From contig JBJMLQ010000163.1 in NCBI GenBank assembly GCA_045805225.1, forward strand, positions 1 to 33,244: a DNA stretch of 33,244 nt, read 5' to 3'. Under the pieces are notes generated by a model. That model searched no databases. It saw only the letters and a program-made list of their open reading frames with translations, and was not told the origin of the DNA. Below are positions 16,205-23,682 of this stretch, one piece after another. This DNA comes from Actinomycetota bacterium. Lineage in GTDB: Bacteria; Actinomycetota; UBA4738; HRBIN12. The first letter of the stretch is position 1. Every line of letters starts with the position of its first letter. The position numbers were made by a program, and so were the translations under genes.

Positions 16205-17137
16205 TCAGACCTCGGTTCGGCGGTCGACCGCGTAGCTCGACCCGCCGTCGCGCTTGGCGAACGATTTCATCTCGGTCGCGACGGCGACCGCCTCGCCGTA
16301 GTGCGCGAACTGCCGCTTGGACGTGCTGGCGATCCCGATCGAGATCGCGACGAGCGGGATGTCCTGCAGGACGCCTTTGCGGTCCTCCATCCGGACGAAC
16401 CCGCGGTCGAGGTCCTCGGCGTCGTAGAACTCGGCACGCGCCTCGTCGAAGCGCCCGCAGATGCTCTTCGCGATCTCCTCGGCGCCGTCCGGGATCACCA
16501 CCGCGACGAAATCGTCGCCGCCGACGTGACCGACGAACCCCTCGGCACCGGACCCCTCGACGACGGCGTCTTGGATGATGCGCGCGGTCGCCTGGATCAG
16601 CCGGTCGCCCCGGACGAAGCCCTTCTGATCGTTGTAGGTCTTGAAGTTGTCCAGGTCGCAGTACAGGACGGCGAACTCGCGTTCCTCGCGGACCTGGCGC
16701 TCGATCTCCTCCTGGATCCGGATGTTGCCGGGCAGCCCGGTGAGCGGCGAGAGGTTCCGCATCTCCTTCGCGCGCCGAAGCGTGCCCTTGACCCGCGCCA
16801 GCAACTCGATCGGGTCGAACGGCTTGATGATGTAGTCGTCGGCACCGGACTGCAGGCCGGTGACCTTGTCGGCGGACAACGCCTTGGCGGTCAGCATGAT
16901 GATGCTCGTGTTGGCCGTTTGGGGGTTCTTGCGCAGCCGTTGCGCGACCTCGAAGCCGTCGATCCGGGGCATCATCACGTCGAGCAGGACCAGGTCGGGC
17001 CGCAGCGACGACGCGCGGGTGAGCGCCTCCTCCCCGTCGGCGGCGACCGCCACGTCATAGCCGGCGGAGCGGAGGTTCACCTCGACGAACCGGGCGATGT
17101 CCGGATCGTCGTCGACGACCAAGATGGTCTCGGGCAC
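16205..17137 (-). CDS. Response regulator with a REC receiver domain and a GGDEF-family (diguanylate cyclase-like) output domain; active-site variant GGDDF
   Basis: The REC domain has VVDDD, LLD53VMMP, MLTA and IIKPF. The GGDEF domain has LTGLPGN, DLDNFKTYNDQKGFVRGD and GHVGGDDFVAVV (residues 206-210). The GTG start is 2 nt after the rpe stop. Confidence 0.88.
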   Translation of the reverse strand: MPETILVVDDDPDIARFVEVNLRSAGYDVAVAADGEEALTRASSLRPDLVLLDVMMPRIDGFEVAQRLRKNPQTANTSIIMLTAKALSADKVTGLQSGADDYIIKPFDPIELLARVKGTLRRAKEMRNLSPLTGLPGNIRIQEEIERQVREEREFAVLYCDLDNFKTYNDQKGFVRGDRLIQATARIIQDAVVEGSGAEGFVGHVGGDDFVAVVIPDGAEEIAKSICGRFDEARAEFYDAEDLDRGFVRMEDRKGVLQDIPLVAISIGIASTSKRQFAHYGEAVAVATEMKSFAKRDGGSSYAVDRRTEV

Positions 17138-17139
17138 CC

Positions 17140-17817
17140 CTACGCTCCCTCTCCGCTGGTTGGGCCGCCGGCCGCGATCGCGGCGAGCCCGCGTGCGGCA
17201 GCCGCCGGATCCGGCTGCGCGAAGATACCCGATGCGGCGATCAGAACCGAGGCACCCGCCTCGACCGCCCGTCGCGCGTTGTCGAGCTTCACGCCGCCGT
17301 CGATCTCGAGCGCCACGTTCAGGCCGCGGCGGTCGACCTCGGTCCGCACGGCCTCCAGGCGCGGATACACCTCTTCGTTGAGCGTCTGGAACGACCAGCC
17401 CGGCCGGATGCTCATCAGCATGACATCGTCGATGCCGTCCAGGTACGGGAAGACCGCCTCGACCGGTGTCTCCAGGTTCATCGTGAGGCCGACGCCGAGA
17501 CCGGCCCCGCGCGCCTTGGCGATCGACGGGCCCGGCTCGGGCACGGCCTCGAGATGGAAGCTCACGATGTCGAGCCCCGCCTCGCGGAGCTCGTCGAAGA
17601 AGCCCTCGGGCTGCTCCACCATCAGATGCCCGTGCAGCGGCCGCTGGGTCACCGGCCGGAGGCTCGCGACGATCACCGCGCCCAGCGCGATCGGCGGCAC
17701 GAAGTGACCGTCCATGATGTCGACGTGGAACAGGCCGACGTGTGGCTCGACCGTTGCGACCTGCGCCCCGAGGTTCGCGAAGTCGGCGGCCAGGATCGAC
17801 GCAGCGACCGTACCCAT
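17140..17817 (-). CDS. rpe: Ribulose-phosphate 3-epimerase
   Basis: The start is trimmed to the ATG at 17817: MGTVAASILAADFANLG...HVDIMDGHFVP...EIDGGV. The product is 225 aa. Confidence 0.92.
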   Translation of the reverse strand: MGTVAASILAADFANLGAQVATVEPHVGLFHVDIMDGHFVPPIALGAVIVASLRPVTQRPLHGHLMVEQPEGFFDELREAGLDIVSFHLEAVPEPGPSIAKARGAGLGVGLTMNLETPVEAVFPYLDGIDDVMLMSIRPGWSFQTLNEEVYPRLEAVRTEVDRRGLNVALEIDGGVKLDNARRAVEAGASVLIAASGIFAQPDPAAAARGLAAIAAGGPTSGEGA

Positions 17818-17825
17818 CGGGCGCA

Positions 17826-17831
17826 ATGGTA
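17826..17831 (-). promoter_or_regulatory. -10-like box TACCAT, 8 nt upstream of the rpe ATG (leaderless-type arrangement)
   Basis: The minus strand reads accggTACCATtgcgcccgATGggt. Confidence 0.35.
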
Positions 17832-17866
17832 CCGGTCGCGAGGGCGCCGACCTACCGGCCGAGGAC

Positions 17867-19156
17867 CTACGACGCCCGCTCGAACGCGGCGACGAACATG
17901 CCGTCGCACCCGTGCCGATGCGGCCACAGGCGATGGCGTTCTGCGGGACCGTCCGGGCCGTCGGTCGCCACCGGGCGAAGCGCGGGGCGCGTGCGCAACA
18001 AGGCATCGCACACGGCGTCGGTCTCGCCGCGCGTGAACGTGCACACCGCGTACACCAGGCGGCCCCCCGGCGCGAGCGCGCCTTCAGCCGCCGTCACGAT
18101 CGCGAGCTGGCGCGCCGCCAGGGCGCTCACGCGCTCCTTCGGGACCCGCCACAGGAGCTCCGGGCGTCGGCGCGCGGAGCCGAGCCCGCTGCACGGCGCG
18201 TCGACGAGCACTCGGTCGAACGAGCCCGCGACGGCCGGACGCGCGGCGTCGTGGGCGAGCAGCCACGGCGCGGCCCGCAGGCGCGCCGCCGACTCCGCGA
18301 TCAATCGAACGCGCCGAGGCGACACGTCGGTCGCCAGCACCGCACCCTCGGGCCCCACGCGCTCGACGGCGAACAGTGCCTTGCCGCCGGGCGCCGCGCA
18401 TGCGTCATAGACGCGATCGCGCGGTTCTGGGCCGAGGGTCTCGACCACGAACGCGGAGGCTTGGTCCTGGACGGTCCAGCGTCCCTCGGCGAAGCCGGGG
18501 AGCGCCCGTGGGTCGCCGGCTTCCTCGAGGATGAGGCATCCGTCGTGCAGCGAGCTGGCCGTGACCGTCACGCCGGCGGCCTCGAGCTCGCCGCGAACGG
18601 CGGCCAACGCGGCGGCGCCGCCGACCACACGGATCGACAGGGGTCCCCGTGACGCCAATGCGTCCGCAGCACGCTCGGCGTCGTCCGCGACGAGCCGTTG
18701 AAGCTCCTCGATCGCCCACGGCCGCATCCCCGTGCGAGCCGCGACCGCGTCGGCGCCGGCGCCGGCGGGCGGTGCGATCGGCGCCGAGGCCAGGCGCCGA
18801 AGCACCGCGTTGACGAACCCGCGCGCCCGGCCGGGAACGAGATCGACGGTCGCCGATACGGCGGCGTGCGGCGCGACACCGACGCTCAGCTGATAGGCCC
18901 CGAGCCGGAGCGCGTTGCGCGCCTCGGGAGGCGTCACCTTGTCGAGCGAACGGTTGGCGACGCGTTCGATCGACGCATCGAGGACCAGCCGGCGCCGAAG
19001 CGTGCCGAACGCGAGCTCGGTCGCGAACGCCCGATCTCGCGCGTCCAAGCCGGATCGCGCAAGGAGGGAGGGCATCAACCGGTTGGAGTACGCGCCGTCG
19101 TCGATCACGCGGCCGATCAGCTCGAGCGCCACCGACCGCGCGGTCGGGGTGCTCAT
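17867..19156 (-). CDS. rsmB: 16S rRNA (cytosine-C5) methyltransferase RsmB/Sun family
   Basis: It has an N-terminal NusB-like domain (RAFATELAFGTLRRR), a SAM-binding motif DACAAPGGK, and catalytic motifs DAPCSGLG and VYAVCT. The ATG at 19156 overlaps the fmt TGA (ATGA). Confidence 0.88.
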   Translation of the reverse strand: MSTPTARSVALELIGRVIDDGAYSNRLMPSLLARSGLDARDRAFATELAFGTLRRRLVLDASIERVANRSLDKVTPPEARNALRLGAYQLSVGVAPHAAVSATVDLVPGRARGFVNAVLRRLASAPIAPPAGAGADAVAARTGMRPWAIEELQRLVADDAERAADALASRGPLSIRVVGGAAALAAVRGELEAAGVTVTASSLHDGCLILEEAGDPRALPGFAEGRWTVQDQASAFVVETLGPEPRDRVYDACAAPGGKALFAVERVGPEGAVLATDVSPRRVRLIAESAARLRAAPWLLAHDAARPAVAGSFDRVLVDAPCSGLGSARRRPELLWRVPKERVSALAARQLAIVTAAEGALAPGGRLVYAVCTFTRGETDAVCDALLRTRPALRPVATDGPDGPAERHRLWPHRHGCDGMFVAAFERAS

Positions 19157-20094
19157 CCCAGGCGTTCGCCGGCGGTGAACCGGACGCCGCGCGCCCACGC
19201 GGCCGCGTCCATCCGCTTGCGTCCGGCCGGCGCGACCTCGACCAACCGCACACCGCCGCCGGCCGCCCGGACGAGGACTCCGCGCTCGTCCGCGGCGACC
19301 ACCGTGCCCGGCGGTGCGTCGTTCCCCTGCTGATGATCGATCGCGGCCGCGAGCACCTTCACATGCGCACCGCGCAGCGCGGTGGCGGCTCCGGGACGCG
19401 GCGCGAGCGCGCGCACCCAGCGCACGATCTCCTCCGGCGAGCGCTCCCAGTCGATCGTGCGCTCGACCGCGCCGATCGTCGGCGCGAGCGTCACGGCGCC
19501 GTTCTCCTGCGCCCGCTCGGGGACGCCTCCCTTCGGCAGCATCCGCAGGACGCCCACCAACAACAGGCCTCCGATCTTGGCCAGCCGCGCCCCCAGCGAG
19601 CCGGCGTCGTCGTCGGGACGGATCGGCTCCTCCAACTGGTTGAGGATCGGGCCGGTGTCGAGTCCCTCGTCCATCCGCATGACGGTGACGCCAGTGCGTT
19701 CGTCGCCCGCGGCGATCGCGCGCTGAACCGGCGCCGCGCCGCGCCAGCGCGGCAGCAACGAGAAGTGGAGGTTGATCGCGCCGGAGGGCGCGAGCTGCAA
19801 CGTCTCTCGCCGAAGGATCTGCCCGTACGCGACGACGACGATGACGTCGGGGGCGGCCCGCGCGAGCGCCGTCGCACCCGGGCCATCCAGGACGCCCGGC
19901 GCCTCGACGCAGGCAACGCCATGCGCGGCCGCCGCGGTCGCCACCGGGGTCGGCATGAGCGCGGCCCCGCGGCCGGCCTCCTTCGGTGGGTTGGTGACCA
20001 CCAGCGCGACCGAGAGCTCGGGTTCCGCGGCGATGGCGTCCAGCGACGGCACCGACCAGGCGTCGTTGCCGAGGAACGCGACCCGCAGCGTCAT
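19153..20094 (-). CDS. fmt: Methionyl-tRNA formyltransferase
   Basis: The sequences MTLRVAFLGN... and NLHFSLLPRWRGAAPVQRAI are typical of Fmt. The gene lies between def and rsmB, the usual position. Confidence 0.94.
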   Translation of the reverse strand: MTLRVAFLGNDAWSVPSLDAIAAEPELSVALVVTNPPKEAGRGAALMPTPVATAAAAHGVACVEAPGVLDGPGATALARAAPDVIVVVAYGQILRRETLQLAPSGAINLHFSLLPRWRGAAPVQRAIAAGDERTGVTVMRMDEGLDTGPILNQLEEPIRPDDDAGSLGARLAKIGGLLLVGVLRMLPKGGVPERAQENGAVTLAPTIGAVERTIDWERSPEEIVRWVRALAPRPGAATALRGAHVKVLAAAIDHQQGNDAPPGTVVAADERGVLVRAAGGGVRLVEVAPAGRKRMDAAAWARGVRFTAGERLG

Positions 20095-20100
20095 CGGCGC

Positions 20101-20106
20101 AGGATA
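20101..20106 (-). promoter_or_regulatory. -10-like box TATCCT, 6 nt upstream of the fmt ATG (leaderless-type arrangement)
   Basis: The minus strand reads ccgacTATCCTgcgccgATGacg. Confidence 0.3.
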
Positions 20107-20128
20107 GTCGGCGCTCCGTCCGTGCGCC

Positions 20129-20647
20129 CTACGGCCGCTTGCGCGGCCTGGGTTCGACCAGTCCGAGCTCGATCCGGCGAAGCTCCGCGAGCACAGCCCG
20201 CCGGCCGGTGTCGTCGAGCCGGTCGATGTACAGGGTGCCGTGCAGATGGTCGGTCTCGTGCTGGAGGATCCGCGCGAGCAGTCCCTCGCCCTGCACCTCG
20301 ATCGGGTTCCCTTTCAGATCCAGGCCGCGGCAGCGGATCGCGCGATACCGACTGGTCGCGTGGTAGGGACCCGGGATCGACAGACAGCCTTCCTCCTCCG
20401 AAACCTCGCCGTCGGCGTCGTACAGCTCGGGGTTCGCGATGAACGAGGGGCCGCGCTCACCGTCGTCGAAGACGAACAGCTGAAGTGAGACGCCGACCTG
20501 CGGTCCCGCGAGACCGACGCCGGGGGCGTGATACATCGTCTCGGTCATGTCCTTCGCGAGGTGGCGGAGCGTCCGATCGAAATGCTCCACCGGCTTCGCC
20601 GGCTCTCGCAGCACCGGATCGCCGAGCGTCCGGATCGGTAGCAGCAT
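20129..20647 (-). CDS. def: Peptide deformylase
   Basis: Motifs GVGLAGPQ, EGCLSIPG and QHETDHLHG are present. The Shine-Dalgarno sequence GAGGGA lies 6 nt upstream of the ATG. Confidence 0.95.
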   Translation of the reverse strand: MLLPIRTLGDPVLREPAKPVEHFDRTLRHLAKDMTETMYHAPGVGLAGPQVGVSLQLFVFDDGERGPSFIANPELYDADGEVSEEEGCLSIPGPYHATSRYRAIRCRGLDLKGNPIEVQGEGLLARILQHETDHLHGTLYIDRLDDTGRRAVLAELRRIELGLVEPRPRKRP

Positions 20648-20656
20648 CGGGATCCC

Positions 20657-22441
20657 TCACAGGTGCGGTTCGGCCTCGACCCGCTCGACGACGCCCGCGG
20701 CGGCCAGGCGCCGCATCTGCTCGCCGAAGGCCGGCACGCGGTCGGGCTCGAGCGCGAGCAAGCATACCGTCCGACCTCCGAGCGATGTGACGAGCGACGT
20801 GATCGGTTCGTGCGCCGCGACCGCCTCCTCGAGCGCGTCGGTCCCGACGACGCGGAACACCGCGGATCCGACGGGGAAACCCGCCGCGGCCCGCCGCTCC
20901 CGTTCGCGTTCGTGGAAGCGATCCGGGCTCCCACGGACGAGCGCCTGCACGCTCGGATCCCCCGGATGGGCGGTCTGCACGATCGCCGAACCCGCAGGGC
21001 GTGCCCACCCCACCGCTTCCATCCAGACCGCGAGCGCCCGCTCGCGTGCGGCGAGGCCCGGACGCCGGGCCGCGAGGTCGGCCTCGAGGATCGCGACCAG
21101 GTCGAGGCCGGCGACGCCGAGGTCCCGCACCGCGTCCGCTCCGCCGACGAGCACCTCGCCGTCCGGCGCCGGCAGCCGAGGCTCCGACGCGCGCCGAACG
21201 GGCACACGCGCCGCCCGCGACGCCCACGCTTCGACCCGCTCGGCGCCGCCGCGACGCACGCCGAACATCGTGCCCCCGCATGCGGCGCACCGCCCCGGCG
21301 CGTCGCAGACAACGCAGCGGATCTCGCCGCCGGAGGCGCGGAGCGTCCCGCCACATGCGGCACACGCCGCGGGAGCGCCGCACGTGCGACAGACATGGGC
21401 GACGCCGGCGCCCGGCAGCGGTGCGAAGACGAACGCGCGCCGGACCTCGCCGAGGGCGCGAACCAGTCGCGGCGCACGTCCCTCGGGGCCGGGGCGGACG
21501 ATCTCCACCTTCGGCCAGCGTTTGGTGGCCGGCACCACGGTCGGCAGGCCGAGGGACGCGGCCTCGGTCGAGGGGCACGCGGCCGCGAGCACCGCGACGG
21601 CACCCCCGATCGCGGCCCGGCGGAGGGCGACGTCGCGGACGTGGTGATACGGCGCCCGTTCTTCACGATGCGCGGGATGCGACTCGCGCGCGACCCAGAT
21701 CAGGCCGAGCGACGGCACCGGCGCGAACACCGCCGGTCGCGTGCCGACCACCACGTCGGCCGCGCCCGACACGATCGCGAGCCACGTCCGGTAGCGCGAG
21801 CGGGCGTCGCCGCCGGCGAACACCACGACCCGCTCGCCGAGGGCGCGCTGGAGCGTCGTGACGGTTGCCGGCGTCGGCGACGCTTCGGGGACGATCACGA
21901 TGGCCCGTCGCCCGCCGACGACGCATGTGCGGACCGCCTCGAGCGCCAGCGCCTGTTCGTCCTCCGGCGCCGGACGCACGACGAAGGCCCCCTCGCCGTC
22001 GCGGATCGCATGCGCGAGCCGGGACCCGTGCGTATACCCGCGCCACATCGCGGCGTCGGCGGCCGCGCAGCCGGCCTGCACCGGCCGCCTCGTCGCCCCC
22101 GGCGTGTTCGGCCCTTCTTCGGACGCAACACGCGGCGGCGACAGGGCGCCGAGCACCTCGGCCAACGGCGTGACGTAGCGCGTCGAGATCCACCGCGCGA
22201 GCTCCAGCAGCTCACCGTCGAAGAACCGCACCGGGGAAACCGCCCGCATCACCGGCAACGTGCGCGCCGGCAGGTCGTCGGTCGGGCCGAGCACCCAGCC
22301 TTTTGTCAGCTTGCCGTGGAACCGGAAGCGCACATAGGAGCCGACGCCCGCGGCGAGGCTTTCCGGCAGGTCGTACGTGAACGGCTTGTCGAGCGCGAGC
22401 AGTGGCCGGTCGATGCAGACCGCGACCGGCCCGGCGAGGAC
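20657..22441 (-). CDS. priA: Primosomal protein N' (PriA homologue) with degenerate helicase motifs; the 5' boundary is uncertain
   Basis: The zinc-binding region is CRTCGAPAACAACGG...CVVCDAPGRCAACG, and overall collinearity with PriA is clear. The ORF track starts at the GTG at 22333 (MRFRFHGKLTKGWVLG), but PriA-like sequence (VAVCIDRPLLALDKPFTYDLPESLAAGVGSY) continues in frame up to about 22441 with no ATG/GTG/TTG. The upper coordinate is therefore an approximate limit, not a called start. Confidence 0.8.
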   Translation of the reverse strand, partial: VLAGPVAVCIDRPLLALDKPFTYDLPESLAAGVGSYVRFRFHGKLTKGWVLGPTDDLPARTLPVMRAVSPVRFFDGELLELARWISTRYVTPLAEVLGALSPPRVASEEGPNTPGATRRPVQAGCAAADAAMWRGYTHGSRLAHAIRDGEGAFVVRPAPEDEQALALEAVRTCVVGGRRAIVIVPEASPTPATVTTLQRALGERVVVFAGGDARSRYRTWLAIVSGAADVVVGTRPAVFAPVPSLGLIWVARESHPAHREERAPYHHVRDVALRRAAIGGAVAVLAAACPSTEAASLGLPTVVPATKRWPKVEIVRPGPEGRAPRLVRALGEVRRAFVFAPLPGAGVAHVCRTCGAPAACAACGGTLRASGGEIRCVVCDAPGRCAACGGTMFGVRRGGAERVEAWASRAARVPVRRASEPRLPAPDGEVLVGGADAVRDLGVAGLDLVAILEADLAARRPGLAARERALAVWMEAVGWARPAGSAIVQTAHPGDPSVQALVRGSPDRFHERERERRAAAGFPVGSAVFRVVGTDALEEAVAAHEPITSLVTSLGGRTVCLLALEPDRVPAFGEQMRRLAAAGVVERVEAEPHL

Positions 22442-22442
22442 C

Positions 22443-23639
22443 TCAGGCGCCGACGGCGCTTCGGAGCGCGTCGACGCGATCGACGGCCTCCCAGGGGAAC
22501 TCCTTGCGGCCGAAGTGGCCGTAGGCCGCCGTCTCGCCGTAGATCGGCCGCGACAGATCGAGGTCGCGGATGATCGCCGCCGGCCGGAAGTCGAAGATCT
22601 CCCATACGGCCTTCTGGACGTGCTCGGGGTCGACCGTCGACGTGCCGAACGTCTCGATCATGAGCGAGACCGGGTGCGCCGTGCCGATCGCGTACGCGAC
22701 CTGCAGCTGGCACCGCTCGGCCAGGCCGGCCGCGACGACGTTCTTCGCGACGTAGCGCGCCATGTACGCGGCGGACCGGTCGACCTTCGTCGGGTCCTTG
22801 CCGGAGAACGCGCCGCCGCCGTGCGGTGCCATGCCACCGTAGGTGTCGACGATGATCTTGCGACCGGTGAGGCCGGTATCCGCCTTCGGGCCGCCGATCT
22901 CGAACCGGCCGGTCGGGTTGACGAGCACGCGCACGCCGTCGGTCGACAGCTCCGGGAATTCCCGCAGCACCGGGTCGATGACCTCCGCCTCGATGTCGGG
23001 ACGCAGCAAGGTCTCGACGTCGACCTCCTCGCGGTGCTGCGCGGAGATCAAGACCGTGTCGACGCGGATCGGCTTGCCGTCGAGGTACTCGATCGACACC
23101 TGGCTCTTGCCGTCGGGGCGCAGATACGGAACGACGCCCGCCTTGCGGACGTCGGAGAGACGCTTGGACAAGCGATGCGCCATCGCGATGGGCATCGGCA
23201 TCAGCTCGTCGGTGTCGCGACAGGCGTAGCCGAACATCATCCCTTGGTCGCCGGCCCCCAGGTGGTCCAGGTCGTCGCTCGAGTGATCTTGCCGTTGCTC
23301 GAGCGCGTGGTCGACGCCGATCGCGATGTCGGCCGACTGCTCTTGGATCGCGGTGACCACGCCGCACGTCTCGCCGTCGAGACCGAACTTCGCGTCGGTA
23401 TACCCGACCTCGGTGACCGTGCGACGGACGACCGACGGGATGTCGACCCACCCCTTGGCCAACGTGATCTCGCCCGAAACGAACACCACGCCTGTGGTGA
23501 CGAGCGTCTCGCACGCGACGCGGCTGTTCGAGTCCTGCTCGAGCATCGCGTCGAGGACCGCGTCGCTGATCTGGTCGGCGAGCTTGTCGGGATGGCCTTC
23601 GGTGACGGATTCGGACGAGAAGAGATAGCCGGCGCTCAT
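22443..23639 (-). CDS. metK: S-adenosylmethionine synthetase
   Basis: The sequences [29 protein letters not shown] and [16 protein letters not shown] are typical of MetK. The product is 398 aa. Confidence 0.97.
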   Translation of the reverse strand: MSAGYLFSSESVTEGHPDKLADQISDAVLDAMLEQDSNSRVACETLVTTGVVFVSGEITLAKGWVDIPSVVRRTVTEVGYTDAKFGLDGETCGVVTAIQEQSADIAIGVDHALEQRQDHSSDDLDHLGAGDQGMMFGYACRDTDELMPMPIAMAHRLSKRLSDVRKAGVVPYLRPDGKSQVSIEYLDGKPIRVDTVLISAQHREEVDVETLLRPDIEAEVIDPVLREFPELSTDGVRVLVNPTGRFEIGGPKADTGLTGRKIIVDTYGGMAPHGGGAFSGKDPTKVDRSAAYMARYVAKNVVAAGLAERCQLQVAYAIGTAHPVSLMIETFGTSTVDPEHVQKAVWEIFDFRPAAIIRDLDLSRPIYGETAAYGHFGRKEFPWEAVDRVDALRSAVGA

Positions 23640-23648
23640 GATCGGCCG

Positions 23649-23654
23649 AGTCTA
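23649..23654 (-). promoter_or_regulatory. -10-like box TAGACT, 9 nt upstream of the metK ATG (leaderless or near-leaderless arrangement)
   Basis: The minus strand reads gcggcTAGACTcggccgatcATGagc. The whole coaBC-metK spacer is only 43 nt. Confidence 0.3.
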
Positions 23655-23682
23655 GCCGCGCCCGCGGACACCCGCCACGACG

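Noticed and set aside
14326-16578. A 750-aa plus-strand ORF spanning ribE, ribD, the FMN riboswitch and the 3' end of the REC-GGDEF gene.
   Set aside because: It crosses a structured riboswitch and three well-supported minus-strand genes. The translation is low-complexity and Arg-rich, so it is an artefact of GC content.
20663-22573. A 636-aa plus-strand ORF and two 373-aa minus-strand ORFs (20457..21578, 20545..21666) overlapping priA.
   Set aside because: They sit in alternative frames or on the antisense strand of the PriA homologue. They are Arg/Pro/Ala-rich with no motifs, and the PriA frame alone shows the conserved Cys cluster and collinearity.
22306-23514. A 402-aa minus-strand ORF overlapping metK in another frame.
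   Set aside because: The metK frame shows near-perfect MetK motifs. The alternative frame is Arg/Pro/Gly-rich with low complexity.
23640-23682. Looked for a SAM riboswitch upstream of metK, and for T-box leaders upstream of tyrS (1971-2100) and pheS (9299-9334).
   Set aside because: The spacers are only 43, 130 (shared by two divergent genes) and 36 nt. That is too short for these RNAs, and no specifier, T-box or SAM-core sequence was seen.
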